Shown: piece after piece, positions 53,501 through 64,000 of the stretch
How the letters are laid out: each line of letters begins with the position of its first letter
Numbering within the stretch: the stretch's first letter is position 1
Origin: Pristiophorus japonicus
Lineage: Eukaryota
Direction: 5' to 3'
DNA length: 64,000 bases
Assembly (NCBI RefSeq): GCF_044704955.1
Contig: NC_091999.1
Location: 29,574,001-29,638,000, forward strand
Notes under the pieces: model-generated
Seen by the model: only the letters and a program-made list of their open reading frames with translations
Told to the model about the DNA's origin: nothing
Databases searched by the model: none
Made by a program: the position numbers and the translations under genes

Positions 53501-54485
53501 TTTTATTCAACCCCAGAACTTGAGGTGAAATGTAAACGCTGACAGGGGTTGAAGGACTGCGATTTCTAATGGTGGACAGGACGTGTCAGTAGTTCAGTAC
53601 CTTTATTTGGATCTGGATTCAAATTCAGACACAGATAGACGGGATACAGCTGTCCTCCCATATTGGTGGACTGGGTAGGCCAATGTTCCTGAGCTATGTT
53701 ATTACAGAGTGACAGTGTTCATCTTCGATCTGGTGTCAGTCGATACTGATATTTTCATCTGTGACTTCCTCACACTACATTTATACATGCCTGCTCCCAT
53801 AACCACCGTGCAGTAAATCATGTGTCAGTACATACTGAGATTTATATCTCCTGACTTCCTCCCACAATATTTGTGTATGACTTGTTCTCACTGCCATTGT
53901 GCGGTAGATCATGTTTCAGCACACAATATGATTTCTATACCCTGATGATGACACTAAGCATTTTCCACATTCTTAATCCGAACGGAAAACTGAGATGAGC
54001 TTTTATTCAAAATAATTCGCTATCCTTCTGTTCACATCCTTGATCTACTCCTTGGCATTCAAAAGGAATTTTGTCAATCAGCCAAATTGTTTATTGCATC
54101 AATACCTTTCTATCTATCAGTCTGCCCAATAATCTACATATTGCTCTATCTATCTTAATTTATATCAACAACTCTCTCTATATGCTTGNNNNNNNNNNNN
54201 NNNNNNNNNNNNNNNNNNNNNNNNNNNNNNNNNNNNNNNNNNNNNNNNNNNNNNNNNNNNNNNNNNNNNNNNNNNNNNNNNNNNNNNNNNNNNNNNNNNN
54301 NNNNNNNNNNNNNNNNNNNNNNNNNNNNNNNNNNNNNNNNNNNNNNNNNNNNNNNNNNNNNNNNNNNNNNNNNNNNNNNNNNNNNNNNNNNNNNNNNNNN
54401 NNNNNNNNNNNNNNNNNNNNNNNNNNNNNNNCCATCGATCTGTCCATCTATGCACATATCTATCTATCTGTCTATCTATCTGTCT
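44531..54485 (+). repeat. Local tandem multiplication of a [CR1 fragment + unclassified repeat + (TCTA)n] unit
   Basis: The same CR1 junction (cggtaca.gacactaaa.acatcccaata) occurs at ~45340, ~46370 and ~48943; the same unique segment occurs at ~44531, ~47735 and ~53415. Confidence 0.85.
48973..52095 (-). mobile_element. Near full-length HER1-like CR1 ORF2, nested in an older CR1
   Basis: LCLNARSIRNK..ITESWL..GDFN (APE), KSPGPD..NYRPVSL..DFQKAFDKV, FTDDTKL. Splits the host sequence atcccaata|tag.gacaataaag. Confidence 0.95.
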
Positions 54486-54489
54486 ACTG

Positions 54490-55043
54490 AACATGCTGGA
54501 CATAATCAGCAGGTCTGACTGTGTCTGTGGAGAGATAAGTAGGTTTAAGATTTCAGGTCGAAGACCCTTCATCAAAAGTGGAAACAGTTGGATATGTTAC
54601 ATATTATTAAGCAAGTTTCAAGTCAGGGTTAGGTGGTGTGGAGTAAAGAACAAATGATAAGCTCTGTGATAGAATGGAAGGCAAGAGTGATATAAAGACA
54701 AAAGCGATGATGGTGCTAGGCAAAAGGAGATGGTATGGGACAAGTTAAGAAACATATGGTTGGTCTGCATGAAGTATAAATGGGAACGGCAGAACCATCA
54801 ACTGCTGCCATTTGGCAGAAAAACATAGAGGCGGAAGTTCTGGTATGAAATTCTATTGAATTCGATATTGAGCAAGTAATGCTATAAAATCGTAGATAAG
54901 GTGCTTTTCCTCGTGCTTGCATTGAGATTCGTTGGAACCGTGTAAGAGACTGAGGATGGAGACGTCAGTGTGGGAGTGGAGCAGAAAATTAAAGCGAGAA
55001 GCGGGTTCATGCTTATGGGCTGAATGGAACTATTCTTCAAAGG
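54490..55043 (-). mobile_element. Penelope-like element (GIY-YIG C-terminus plus 3' region with hammerhead motif)
   Basis: Minus strand reads RFNFLLHSHTDVSILSLLHGSNESQCKHEEKHLI..LNIEFN, like PLE endonuclease ends; tTGATGAaGGGTCttcGACCTGAAA at 54551-54575. Confidence 0.8.
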
Positions 55044-55044
55044 T

Positions 55045-55640
55045 GTACAAGTGTGGTCTCGATATCACACTTAGGACGCTGTGTTCAGTTCTGACCTACA
55101 TAATCACACTTAATTTACTGAGCATAGTTCTGGCTTCCATATGAGAAGAATGATACAGAAGCACTGGAGAAGTGCAAATAAAGATTTCCAAGGAGAATAC
55201 CAGAACTGAACGATTTTAACTGCCAAGAATAAATTAAACCGGCTGGGGTTCTTTTTTTTCAAGAAAAGGGAAGGCTGAGGGGTGACCGAATAAAGTTTTT
55301 TGAAATTATGAAGGGGTTTGAAAGGTTAGTCGGGTAGAAGATATTTCTGCTTGAGTAGGAGCCTGATACTAGGGCCCATAAATATAAGATATTCAATAGG
55401 TAATTCAGGAGGGTCTTCTTTACCCAGAGACTGGGTAGATTGTGGATCTCGCTACCATAGGTAGTAGTAATTGAGGCAAATATCATAGATGCGTTTCAGG
55501 GGAATGCAGATAAGTACACGACGGATAAAGGGATCGAAGGTGTTGATAGGTGGTGATGAAGTAGGGAGAGAGGAGACTCATGTGTAACATAAAAATCAGC
55601 CTATTGGACTGAATGGCCTGTTTCTATGAAAAAAACTCTT
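55045..55640 (+). mobile_element. Old CR1 3' fragment
   Basis: aaggctgagggggtgacc..ttctttacccagaga and CR1-like 3' UTR. Confidence 0.8.
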
Positions 55641-55701
55641 CACAATTCTTAATTGTTTGGATTGCAATAAATAATATCAATAAAATAAATTTCTTGCACA
55701 T

Positions 55702-55981
55702 CGTGTGGTACATCATTCAACCGTTATCCTCATCCTGACGTCCGTGAAGAAATCACCAGCATCAAATATGCATCAGCTGTGTGTTCAATCCTCGAATTCC
55801 GTCCAAAGAGTGAGACCTTGAATTGGCTGAGCACTCATGCATCAGGGCTTCGTCACCTCTCCCATCTGTGAAGTGAACTGAAACTTCTCGGTGACCAGTC
55901 GGCTGACATTGCCCCTGGTCTCTACCTGCCAGGTCTCTCATCAAGGGTTCAGACAAAGCCGAAACTTTGCCAGATCTCACG
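55702..55981 (+). pseudogene. IGHM: IgM CH2 pseudo-exon, cluster B
   Basis: Reads STVILILTS/EEITSIKYASAVCSILEFRPKSETLNWL/..FVTSPICEVN*NFSVTSRLTLP/..STCQVSHQGFRQSRNF, matching shark Cmu2. TGA at 55879-81, frameshifts, acceptor AG>AT and donor GT>AT. Not in the ORF track. Confidence 0.88.
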
Positions 55982-56284
55982 ATAATGGACACCAGCCCGT
56001 GGAGTCCCAAATGATTATGAGCGCGGATGTCAATCAGAGCTTTTATTCGAATTAGTAAAGAGCACAGAACTTTTTTCATTGCCAAACATACAGATTGGAC
56101 TTCCTTTCGTTGTACGTCCTAATTTAAGTTCCCTCATGGTTCAGGATTCCATAACCTCGTCAAAGGTTTCCCTGAGCGGTGATGTCGGATAGTGAGTGAG
56201 GTGTCCTTAGTCTGAGGTTTATGCTGAGAAAGCTCTATTTCTAATATACAATCGTGCTGTTTATGGTTTCTTCCATTATAATAT

Positions 56285-56703
56285 AAAAGAAAGAAATGCC
56301 ATGGCCGAACTCCAGTTGTCCTAAAGTGCTTCACCACAAAGGAAGTTCTTCTTGAATTGTGGTCACTGTTTTACTGTAGAAATCGCGTCGGCCAATGTTC
56401 AGACAGTAAGGTCCCACGAACAGCAATGTGATAATGACCAGATAATCCTTTTGTTTAGTGCTGTTTGTTGAGTCGTAAGTATTGTCCAGGACAACTGGGA
56501 GAAATGCCCTGCTCATCTTCGAAATAACCCCAAGGGATATTTTCCATCCACTTCAAAGGGCAGATGGGGCCTTGGTTTCCTATCTCATCCGAAATATGGT
56601 ACTCCCACAATGCAGCGCTCCCTCAGTATTGCACTGGGAGTAGCAGCTTACATTTTTTGTTCAAGAATGTGGAGTGCGACTTGAACCCACAATCTTCTGA
56701 TTC
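56285..56703 (-). mobile_element. SacSINE1/DeuSINE-like SINE
   Basis: Reverse complement of the 40.7-kb SINE type (gacttgaacccaca B-box; gcagcgctccctcagtattgcactg). Confidence 0.8.
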
Positions 56704-56750
56704 GGGATTCCTCATGGTTCAGGATTTAATAACCTCGCAAGATGTTCGCC

Positions 56751-56783
56751 CTGACGAAGGGTCATCGACCTGAAACGTTAACT
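56751..56783 (+). ncRNA. Minimal type I hammerhead ribozyme motif (PLE-derived; stem I 5' strand absent)
   Basis: CUGACGA-A-stem II (GGGUC/GACCU)-GAA-palindromic ACGU-U-AAC. Confidence 0.55.
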
Positions 56784-56880
56784 ATTTTGTGTCTCCACAG
56801 ATGCTGCCTGACCCGCTGAGATTTCCAGTATTTTCTGTTTTTTTTTCAGATTGCAGCATCTGCAGTATTTTGCTCTTGCT
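56751..56880 (+). mobile_element. Penelope-like element 3' terminal fragment
   Basis: ctgacgaagggtcatcgacctgaaacgttaac..tctccacagatgctgcctgacccgctgag; homologous to 54490-54580. Confidence 0.8.
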
Positions 56881-57019
56881 TTCCCTCTGCTCTAATTTCA
56901 CATAATATGTCTGCTGCCCTTGGTCTCAGGTTTATACTGAGATGGAGCGACAGGAGGTGTTGGAACCCTTTGCTGGTAACTGTCTCAGGACCCACTGCTA
57001 GAAAGGGCGCCTGCCCTAT

Positions 57020-57465
57020 TTAGAACATTGTGTTCAGTTCCATGCACCGCGCTGCAGGATGGATATACCGGCTTTAGAGCGGGTGCAATCCAAATTCACC
57101 CGAATCGTACCGGGGCTAAAATGCGGACAGGTAGCACAGAATAGGCTTGTATTACTTTGCATTTTGAAGGTAAGGAGGTGATATAAGTTGTTTAACTTGA
57201 TAAACGGAATTGTTAGGGTAGAGGGAAAATATTTCCTTGGTGCGGGATTGAGAACAAGGGGCAGAAACTCAAAATTCGAGCGAGCCCATTGAGGAGTGAG
57301 GTCAGGAAGGATTCTTTCACACAAATGATAATAGTAATCTGGAAATCCCTCCCCCAACAGCTGTTGAGGCGGAGGATCAATTGAAAATGTCAAAACTGAG
57401 ATTGATACATCTTTGTTAGGCAAAGGGTTACACAAATGAGGCGGATAGATGATATTGAGGTATAG
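57020..57465 (+). mobile_element. CR1 3' fragment interrupted by the Gypsy element (resumes ~61873-61945)
   Basis: ALERVQSKFTRIVPGLK..FFHTN; its 3' UTR continues after the right LTR. Confidence 0.8.
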
Positions 57466-60400
57466 TATTGTGTTCCTAACACAGATGAGACTTCAGAGGA
57501 AGGTTAAAGTAACAGTGACCTCAGTCTTTATTAAGACAATCCAGAGTGAGTAACAGACCTTCGGGGCCAGCTCATATACAGTGCTCTCAAGGGATGATGG
57601 GATCCCTTGGGTCTTCTGGGGATGCGCTCCCTGGTGGCGGAACATGGGAGTGCATGCTTTACAGATGCACAGCATCATTCCCCCTCAAAGTCAAAGTGAA
57701 AACTATTTACAAGGTGAGGCGGTCGGGAGCCTTTCTTTCCCTGGTGGACGGCCTTGATACAAATGTCGGTTCTGGTGTGTTGGCTGCACCCTCGCTGGGC
57801 TGGTGTGTTGTTGGCCCTGCAGAGCTGCTGGGTGAGCCTGGCCTTGCTGGGCTGTTGGGCGTGATGGGTTCGATTTCCTGGTCCGGCGTGGTGTTTTTGA
57901 TCCTTTTGGTGTGTGTTATGCGCTCGAAAAAGATGGTGTCTGTTGTGGGTTGTTCAGGGCAGTCTATGAACCACAGCCTCGTGTGGTCCAAGTGCTTCTG
58001 CAAATTTGTCCATTGGCTAGTTTGAGTACAAACATCCTACTCCCTTCTTTAGCTATCACCCTGCCCGCGATCCACTTCGGACCATGTCCATAGTTTAGCA
58101 CATACACAGGGTCATTCAGATCAACTTCCCCTGACACAGTGGCGCGACCATCGTTTACATTTTGTTGCTGCCGCCTGCTCTCTACCTGGTCATGCAGGTT
58201 GTGGAGAACCAGTGAGAGTCTGGTTTTAAGTGTCCTTTTCATGAATAGCTCAGCCGGGGGAACCCCTGTGAGTGAGTGGGGTCACGTGCAGTAGCTGAGC
58301 AGCACTCGGGACAGGCGGGTTTCGAGTAAGCCTTCTGTGACTTGTTTGAGGCACTGTTTGATTGTTTGTACTGCCCGCTCTGCCTGCTCATTGGAGGATG
58401 GTTCAAACGGGGCGGAGGTGACATGTTTGATCCCATTGCGGGTCATGAATTCTTTAAATTCGGCACTGGTGAAACATGGCCCGTTGTCACTGACCAGTAT
58501 GTCAGGCTGGCCGTGGGCGGCAAACATGGCCCTCAGGCTTTCAATGATGGCGGTGGCGGTGCTTCCCGACATTATTTCACATTCAATCCATATCTTAAAA
58601 ATCATCCACCACCACCAGGAACATTATACCGAGAAACGGGCCCGCATAGTCGACATGGATCCTCGATCATGGTCTAGAGGGCCAGGACTACAAATTTAGT
58701 GGTGCCTCTCTGGGCGTGTTGCTCAACTGAGCACGCATGCTGCATTGGCATACACAAGACTTCAAGTCAGAGTCGATACCGGGCCACCACACGTGGGATC
58801 TGGCTATCGCTTTCATCATTACTTTACCCGGTGGTGTGCTTTGGAGATCCGAGATGAACGTCTCCCTGCCCGTTTTGGGTAGCACTAGGTGGTTACTGCA
58901 CAACAGGCAGTCTGCCTGAATGGACAGCTTGTCCTTTCACCGCTGGAACGGCTTGATTAGCTTTTGCATTTCAACGGGTTTGCTGGCCCAGCTCGCATGC
59001 AGTACACAGTTTTTTACTCGGGACAAAAGGGGTTCTTGGCTGATCCAAGTCCGAATCTGGTGGTCCGTGATCGGTGATTTATCATTTTCAAACGCTTCCA
59101 TGCCCATCAACAAGTCTGCGGGCTGCGCCACCGTCAATAAGTTTGCAGGCTGCGCCATTTACACCCCCATGGTGGGCAATGGTAGCCAACTGAGAACAAC
59201 TGCACAGTTACCGGTGCCTGGCCTGTGGCGGATGGTATAGTTATACGCTGATAGTGCGAGTGCCCACCTTTGTATGCGGGATGAGACATTAGTATTTATC
59301 CCCTTGTTTTCAGTGAACAGGGATATGAGGGGCTTGTGATCGGTTTCTAGCTCAAATATGAGGCCAAACAGGTACTGACGCATTTTCTTTACCCCGAACA
59401 CACACGTTAATGCGTTTTTATCAATCATTCTGTAGGCCCTCTCGGCCTTAGACAAGCTCCTGGAGGCATAGGCGACAGGTTGCAACTTCTCCACATTGTT
59501 AGCTTGTTGTAATACACACTCGACTCTGTACGACGACGCATCACATGCTAGCTCTAGTCTTTAACATGGGTTATGCAATACAAGCAGCTTAATGGAGCAT
59601 AAAATATTTCTGGCTTTCTCAAAAGCAATACTTGTTTTTTTCCCCATAACCAGTTCTCACCTTTAGTCAATAACACATGTAGGGGCTCTAAGAGGATGCT
59701 TAACCCCGGTAGGAAGTAATCAAAATAGTTAAGGAGTCCCAGGTACGACCGAAGCTGAAGGACCTCCTCCAAGTTTTGTAGGTGCTCGATGGTGTCCCGA
59801 CCTGTGACCAATATGCCGTCATGAAAAACCACCGTGCGTGGTACTGACTTGAGTAGGCTCTCCGTCTTTCTCTGGAAGATCGCTGCAGCCGACCGAGTTC
59901 CAAATGGGTATCTGTAGTAGATGAACAATCCTTTTGCGTGTTGATGCAGGTGAGGCCATTCGAAGACTCCTCCAGCTCTTGCATCAAGTAGGCCGAAGTC
60001 AGGTCGAGCTTGGCCAACATCTTGCCTCCTGCCAGCGTCAAAAATACGTCATCTGCCTTAGGTAGTGGGTATTTGTCCTGTAGAGAGAAACGATTAATAG
60101 TTACTTTATAATCGCCACAAATCCAGACCGTGCCATCACTTTTGAGTACTGGAACAATCGGGCTGGCCCACTCGCTGAATTCTACTGGGGAGATGATGCC
60201 CTCGCGTTGCAGCTGTCCAGCTCGATTTCCACTCTGTCCCTCATCATGTGCAGTACCTCTCGCGCCTTGTGGAGAAAGGGTCGTGCCTCTGGGACCAAGT
60301 GGCACCTTCGCCCGGAAATGTTTCCAATTCCTGGCTCAAAAAGGAAGGACATTTTTGAAGAACCTGTGATAGCGCTCGGAAGTCATCCCAGTTCCGACGG

Positions 60401-61872
60401 ATTTTGCCCAGTCAGCTCCTTCCAAGCAGTGTGGGGTCATCCCCCGGGACAAACCAGAGTGGCAGTTCATGCACCATGCCCTCGTAGGTGACGTTGACCA
60501 TGGCGCTGCCCATGACAGTGATAAGCTATTTGGTGCAAGTTATCTGTTTCGTGTGGATGGGGCTTAGTGATGGTCTGAGGGCCTTGTTGCACCACAGTCT
60601 CTGAAACATCTTTTTACTCATGGTAGATTGGCTAGCGCCAGTGTCCAGTTCAATGGCTACGGGTAAGCAATTCTATTTTATATTTAGCATTATAGGTGGA
60701 CATTTCATCAAAAATGTGTGAACCCAGTGTATTTCAGCATCTGCCTCCTCTCTCTGTGGCTCGAAATAGCTTTGATCCATCATGGACCGATCTTCCTCTG
60801 CCACGAGGTGGTTAGCACGTTTTGCCGAGCTTGCAGCTCATCTGCAAGCTCGTTGGAGGAGCTCCATTGTTCCACAGCTCTTGCAAACATACCCTTTGAA
60901 GCGGCATGAATAGGCTGAATGGAAGCCTCCACAAAACCGTCAAGGTGGAATTGCCTTGCATTCATCCTTTGTTGCGGGCTCTGAGTCATCTGGGTCACCT
61001 GCCGCCTTCTGGCAGTTGCAGACTCGTGCGTTCTGCCCTGTACATTTCTGCTCGAAAACACAGTTCCAGTTAATTTATGAACATTGATAGCACTTGTGTA
61101 CTGAGAGATTTGTTTGCTGTTTTCACTGGTGGACATAAACGCCTGTGCTATCGCAGTGGCCTTAATGAGGGTAGGTGTCTCTACAGTCAAAATTTTCATA
61201 GGATGGTCTCGTGTCCAATACCCAGTACAAAAAATCTGAGCATTTGCTCCAGGTAGCCATTAAACTTACATTGTCCTGCAAGTTACCTTAGCTCAGCGAC
61301 GCAGCTCGCCAATTCCTGACCTTCAGATCGCTGGCACATGTAGAACCGATAGCTCGCCATCAACACGCTCTCCCTCAGGTTAAGATGCTGCAAAACCAGT
61401 GTACAGTGCTCCTCATATGACATATCTGTGGGTTTCACCAGAGCCAGAAGAAACTTCATGAGGCTGTAGGTCGGTGCCCCGCACACCATGAGGAGCACCG
61501 CTCTCCTTTTTCCAGTGCTTCCTTCTCCATCCAGCTCGTTGGATACAAAGTACTGGTCTAGCCGTGCGACATCCACTTCCCAGTCCTCACCATCCGAGAA
61601 ATTCTCCAGGATGCCCACAGTTTGGTGCATCTTTGCGTTGGATTCGTATACTCGTCGCCAGTTATTGTGTTCCAAACACAGATGAGACTGCACACAGGGG
61701 GGTTAAATTAACAGTGACCTCAGTCTTTATTAAGACACTCCAGAATGATTAACAGGCCTTAAAGGCCGGCTTATATACAGTGCTCTCAAGGGATGCTGGG
61801 ATCCCTTGGGACTTCAGGGGATAGCTGCGAGGTGTCGGAACATGGGAATGCATGCTATACAGATACACAACA
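57466..61872 (-). mobile_element. Full-length degraded Ty3/Gypsy LTR retrotransposon (Mag/K02A2.6-like)
   Basis: ~210-bp LTRs at 57466-57674 and 61663-61872; PBS tggcgacgag (tRNA-Ser-like) at 61651-60; PPT gggggaatga; gag (EDWE..ARLDQYF), protease LDTGAS, RT PIVPVLK..CGDYK..LDLTSAY, RNase H AYASRSLS, integrase HVWWPGID / SDNGPCF; degenerate 5-bp TSD tatag/tgcag. Confidence 0.95.
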
Positions 61873-62603
61873 TGCAGGTCATCCAAGAACTAATTGAATG
61901 GAGGAACAGGCTTGATGGACTGAAATTCATATTTCCTTCTGACACTCTTTAACAAGGCATGATAAAGGCTCACTAATGATAGAAATGAAAAAACTACTTC
62001 ACACCAACATTACAAATGATTCCCAAACACAAAAGACCTCTTGGAATGCCATTCTCCCGACCTTTCTCCTTGGATGGGGGCTGCAAGTGCTGCTTGTACA
62101 TTTTTATCGCCCCAAAAATCACAAGACACCAGGATATTAACTGTATTTCGTTTCGATTCTAAAATCCTGAGTTGGATTTGTTATTCGTTTTGAGCCAGTG
62201 TAAGTTTCGTGTTGAGCTCTTGAACCTGGGGCAGAGTCATTTTTAGAACGGTGATAACGTTTGGGCACAAGGATCTTTAGTCGGGCGTAATGGAACAAGG
62301 GTTTTCGGGAGGAGCGCTATTCAGTTCGTAACACTATTGTGCATGAATGTATTTAATATTTTACGCCGGGTATTTGCTTCACAGCACATTACAGGTGGCT
62401 CTGGATGTAAACACACAGAAAATTTGAAAGATTCTCCCGGGCACGTTGCCAATCTGTTGTCCTTCCAATAACGATTTGTTTAAGCGACAGCGAGTGCTTG
62501 ATATCTCAAAGGTGATTTATTCTTCTTGGGGGAATGAAGGCTGCATGCTGTTACCCTGATTGTGAAGATGAAGCTTGGCTTGATTTATATTTCTGCTTCA
62601 CAG

Positions 62604-62893
62604 AATATATCCAATGCAGAAATCACTCTTCTGCAACCGTCAGTAGAACAGGTCTTACTTGAGACATTATCCTGTGTCGTGTCTAATGGTCCTTATGGAA
62701 TCAAAGTATCCAGGACTCGAGAAAAGGAAACTTGGAAATCAAAGATTGCCGTCGAAGTCGGCGAAGCTCCCAACAGTGTGATCAGCAACATAAACATCTC
62801 GAAACAAACCTGGCTAAGCGGTGTTGAGTTCTGCTCCGTGATGAGGCACCATTATTATAGCGACTATAAGAGATTCCATCCACAAGGAAAAGG
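62604..62893 (+). pseudogene. IGHM: IgM CH3 pseudo-exon, cluster B
   Basis: Acceptor ttcacag|62604; [20 protein letters not shown]. Defects: ~8-nt and ~2-nt frameshifting deletions, core W>R, second Cys>Ser, donor GT>AT at 62894. The upstream intron is homologous to 1-208. Confidence 0.9.
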
Positions 62894-63379
62894 ATGAGCG
62901 GAGACATTGTAGCAACAAGTGAGACGCTCTGACTGTTTCCGTGCATGTGCTAATTGGCTCTATTAAGTGTGTTAATGGATTGCTCTGATAATTGAAATGG
63001 TAATTCCACTAAATAATCCGACTGGACCCGAAATTATGCACTTAAGTGGAATCTGGATAAGTCCATGAGGGAAAAAGGGAAATATATTTTATTTGTGTTG
63101 GATAAAATTAGCTGGACAAGGCTCGTTTGGAGCATAAACAACGATAATGACCAGTTGGGAAGAAAATGCTATGTTATTTTCCAGTCCGACTCCTAAAGGA
63201 CCCAGAGAGAAGGATTGCATCCCCCTCTGCTCCGTGCTGCAAAGCCTGACAGGCCACAGAGGGGAAAAAGGGAATCCTTTAAAAATCAGCGCAAAGCACA
63301 TTTCTCTCACATCTAACCACCGGTTCCTTTGTCTCTGGAATTATCCAGTTTATTGACTTTTAAAGTAATTGTTCTGCAG

Positions 63380-63771
63380 CTAAAGATCCGCGGGAACCGG
63401 CCGTGTCTGTCCTCCTGCCCTCGGCAGAAGAAATCTCCGTTCAAACTTTCTTTACCTTCAACTGCTTAATGAGAGGTTTCTCCCCCCAAGAGATCTTCGT
63501 CAAATGGACCATCAATGACAAGCCGATAGATTCCGGCAACTACAAGAACACCGAGGTGATGGCGGAGAACGGCAGCAGCTCCTTCTTCATCTACAGCCTG
63601 CTATCCATTGCAGCCGAGGAGTGGGCCGGCGGCGCCTCTTACTCCTGTGTGATGAGACATGAAGCGATCCCCTTGAAGATCAACAACAGAACCGTCAATA
63701 AGTCCAGTGGTAAACTGACTTTTGTGAACATTTCATTAAAGCTGGTAGATACGGTGAATTCTTGTCAATGA
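63380..63771 (+). pseudogene. IGHM: IgM CH4 exon plus secretory tailpiece, cluster B (open frame within a pseudogene cluster)
   Basis: Acceptor ttctgcag|63380; [50 protein letters not shown]; TM donor at 63710; AATAAA at 63800-63805. Confidence 0.9.
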
Positions 63772-64000
63772 GAATCTCTCGATTGCATTTAAATTCTTAA
63801 ATAAATTACTGTAAAGGTCTTTTCTTCCAATTGCGAGTTAACTACATAGCCACTCAATTAATATTGTTTTTCTACCCATTTTTCCGAACGCGGGAGGCTG
63901 CTAAACTGAAGCAGGCTATTTACAGGAGTCGGGTCCAAGGCTTGTACAGCCAAAGTTCCCAGCTCAGATAAACCACTGGTTGGAGACAGGGTGAAGCTCT

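Overview
Eukaryotic genomic DNA from a cartilaginous fish (shark-type IgM sequence, HER1-like CR1 LINEs, SacSINE1-like SINEs). It is not prokaryotic, and I found no CRISPR arrays, rRNA or tRNA genes. Two same-strand IgM heavy-chain minilocus remnants bracket the window. Copy A (1-4970) has CH3 with an 11-nt frameshifting deletion, an open CH4 whose secretory tail has lost its penultimate Cys (Cys->Tyr), and intact TM1/TM2 exons. Copy B (55.7-63.8 kb) has wrecked CH2 and CH3 pseudo-exons, an open CH4+tail, no recognisable V/D/J/CH1, and a full Gypsy LTR element in its CH2-CH3 intron. Between them lie a two-exon GPR139/142-like GPCR pseudogene (minus strand), a P2Y/PAR-type GPCR pseudogene split at its DRY motif by a CR1 LINE, and dense nested repeats: CR1, RTE, L2, Penelope fragments carrying hammerhead-ribozyme motifs, SINEs, a solo LTR, MITE-like elements, minisatellites and two local tandem duplications. 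There are seven N-runs, mostly flanked by (TAGA)n. Strong CTCF-like motifs in divergent orientation lie just 3' of copy A and at ~18.4 kb. All family assignments rest on recognised motifs; no database searches were run, and repeat boundaries are approximate.
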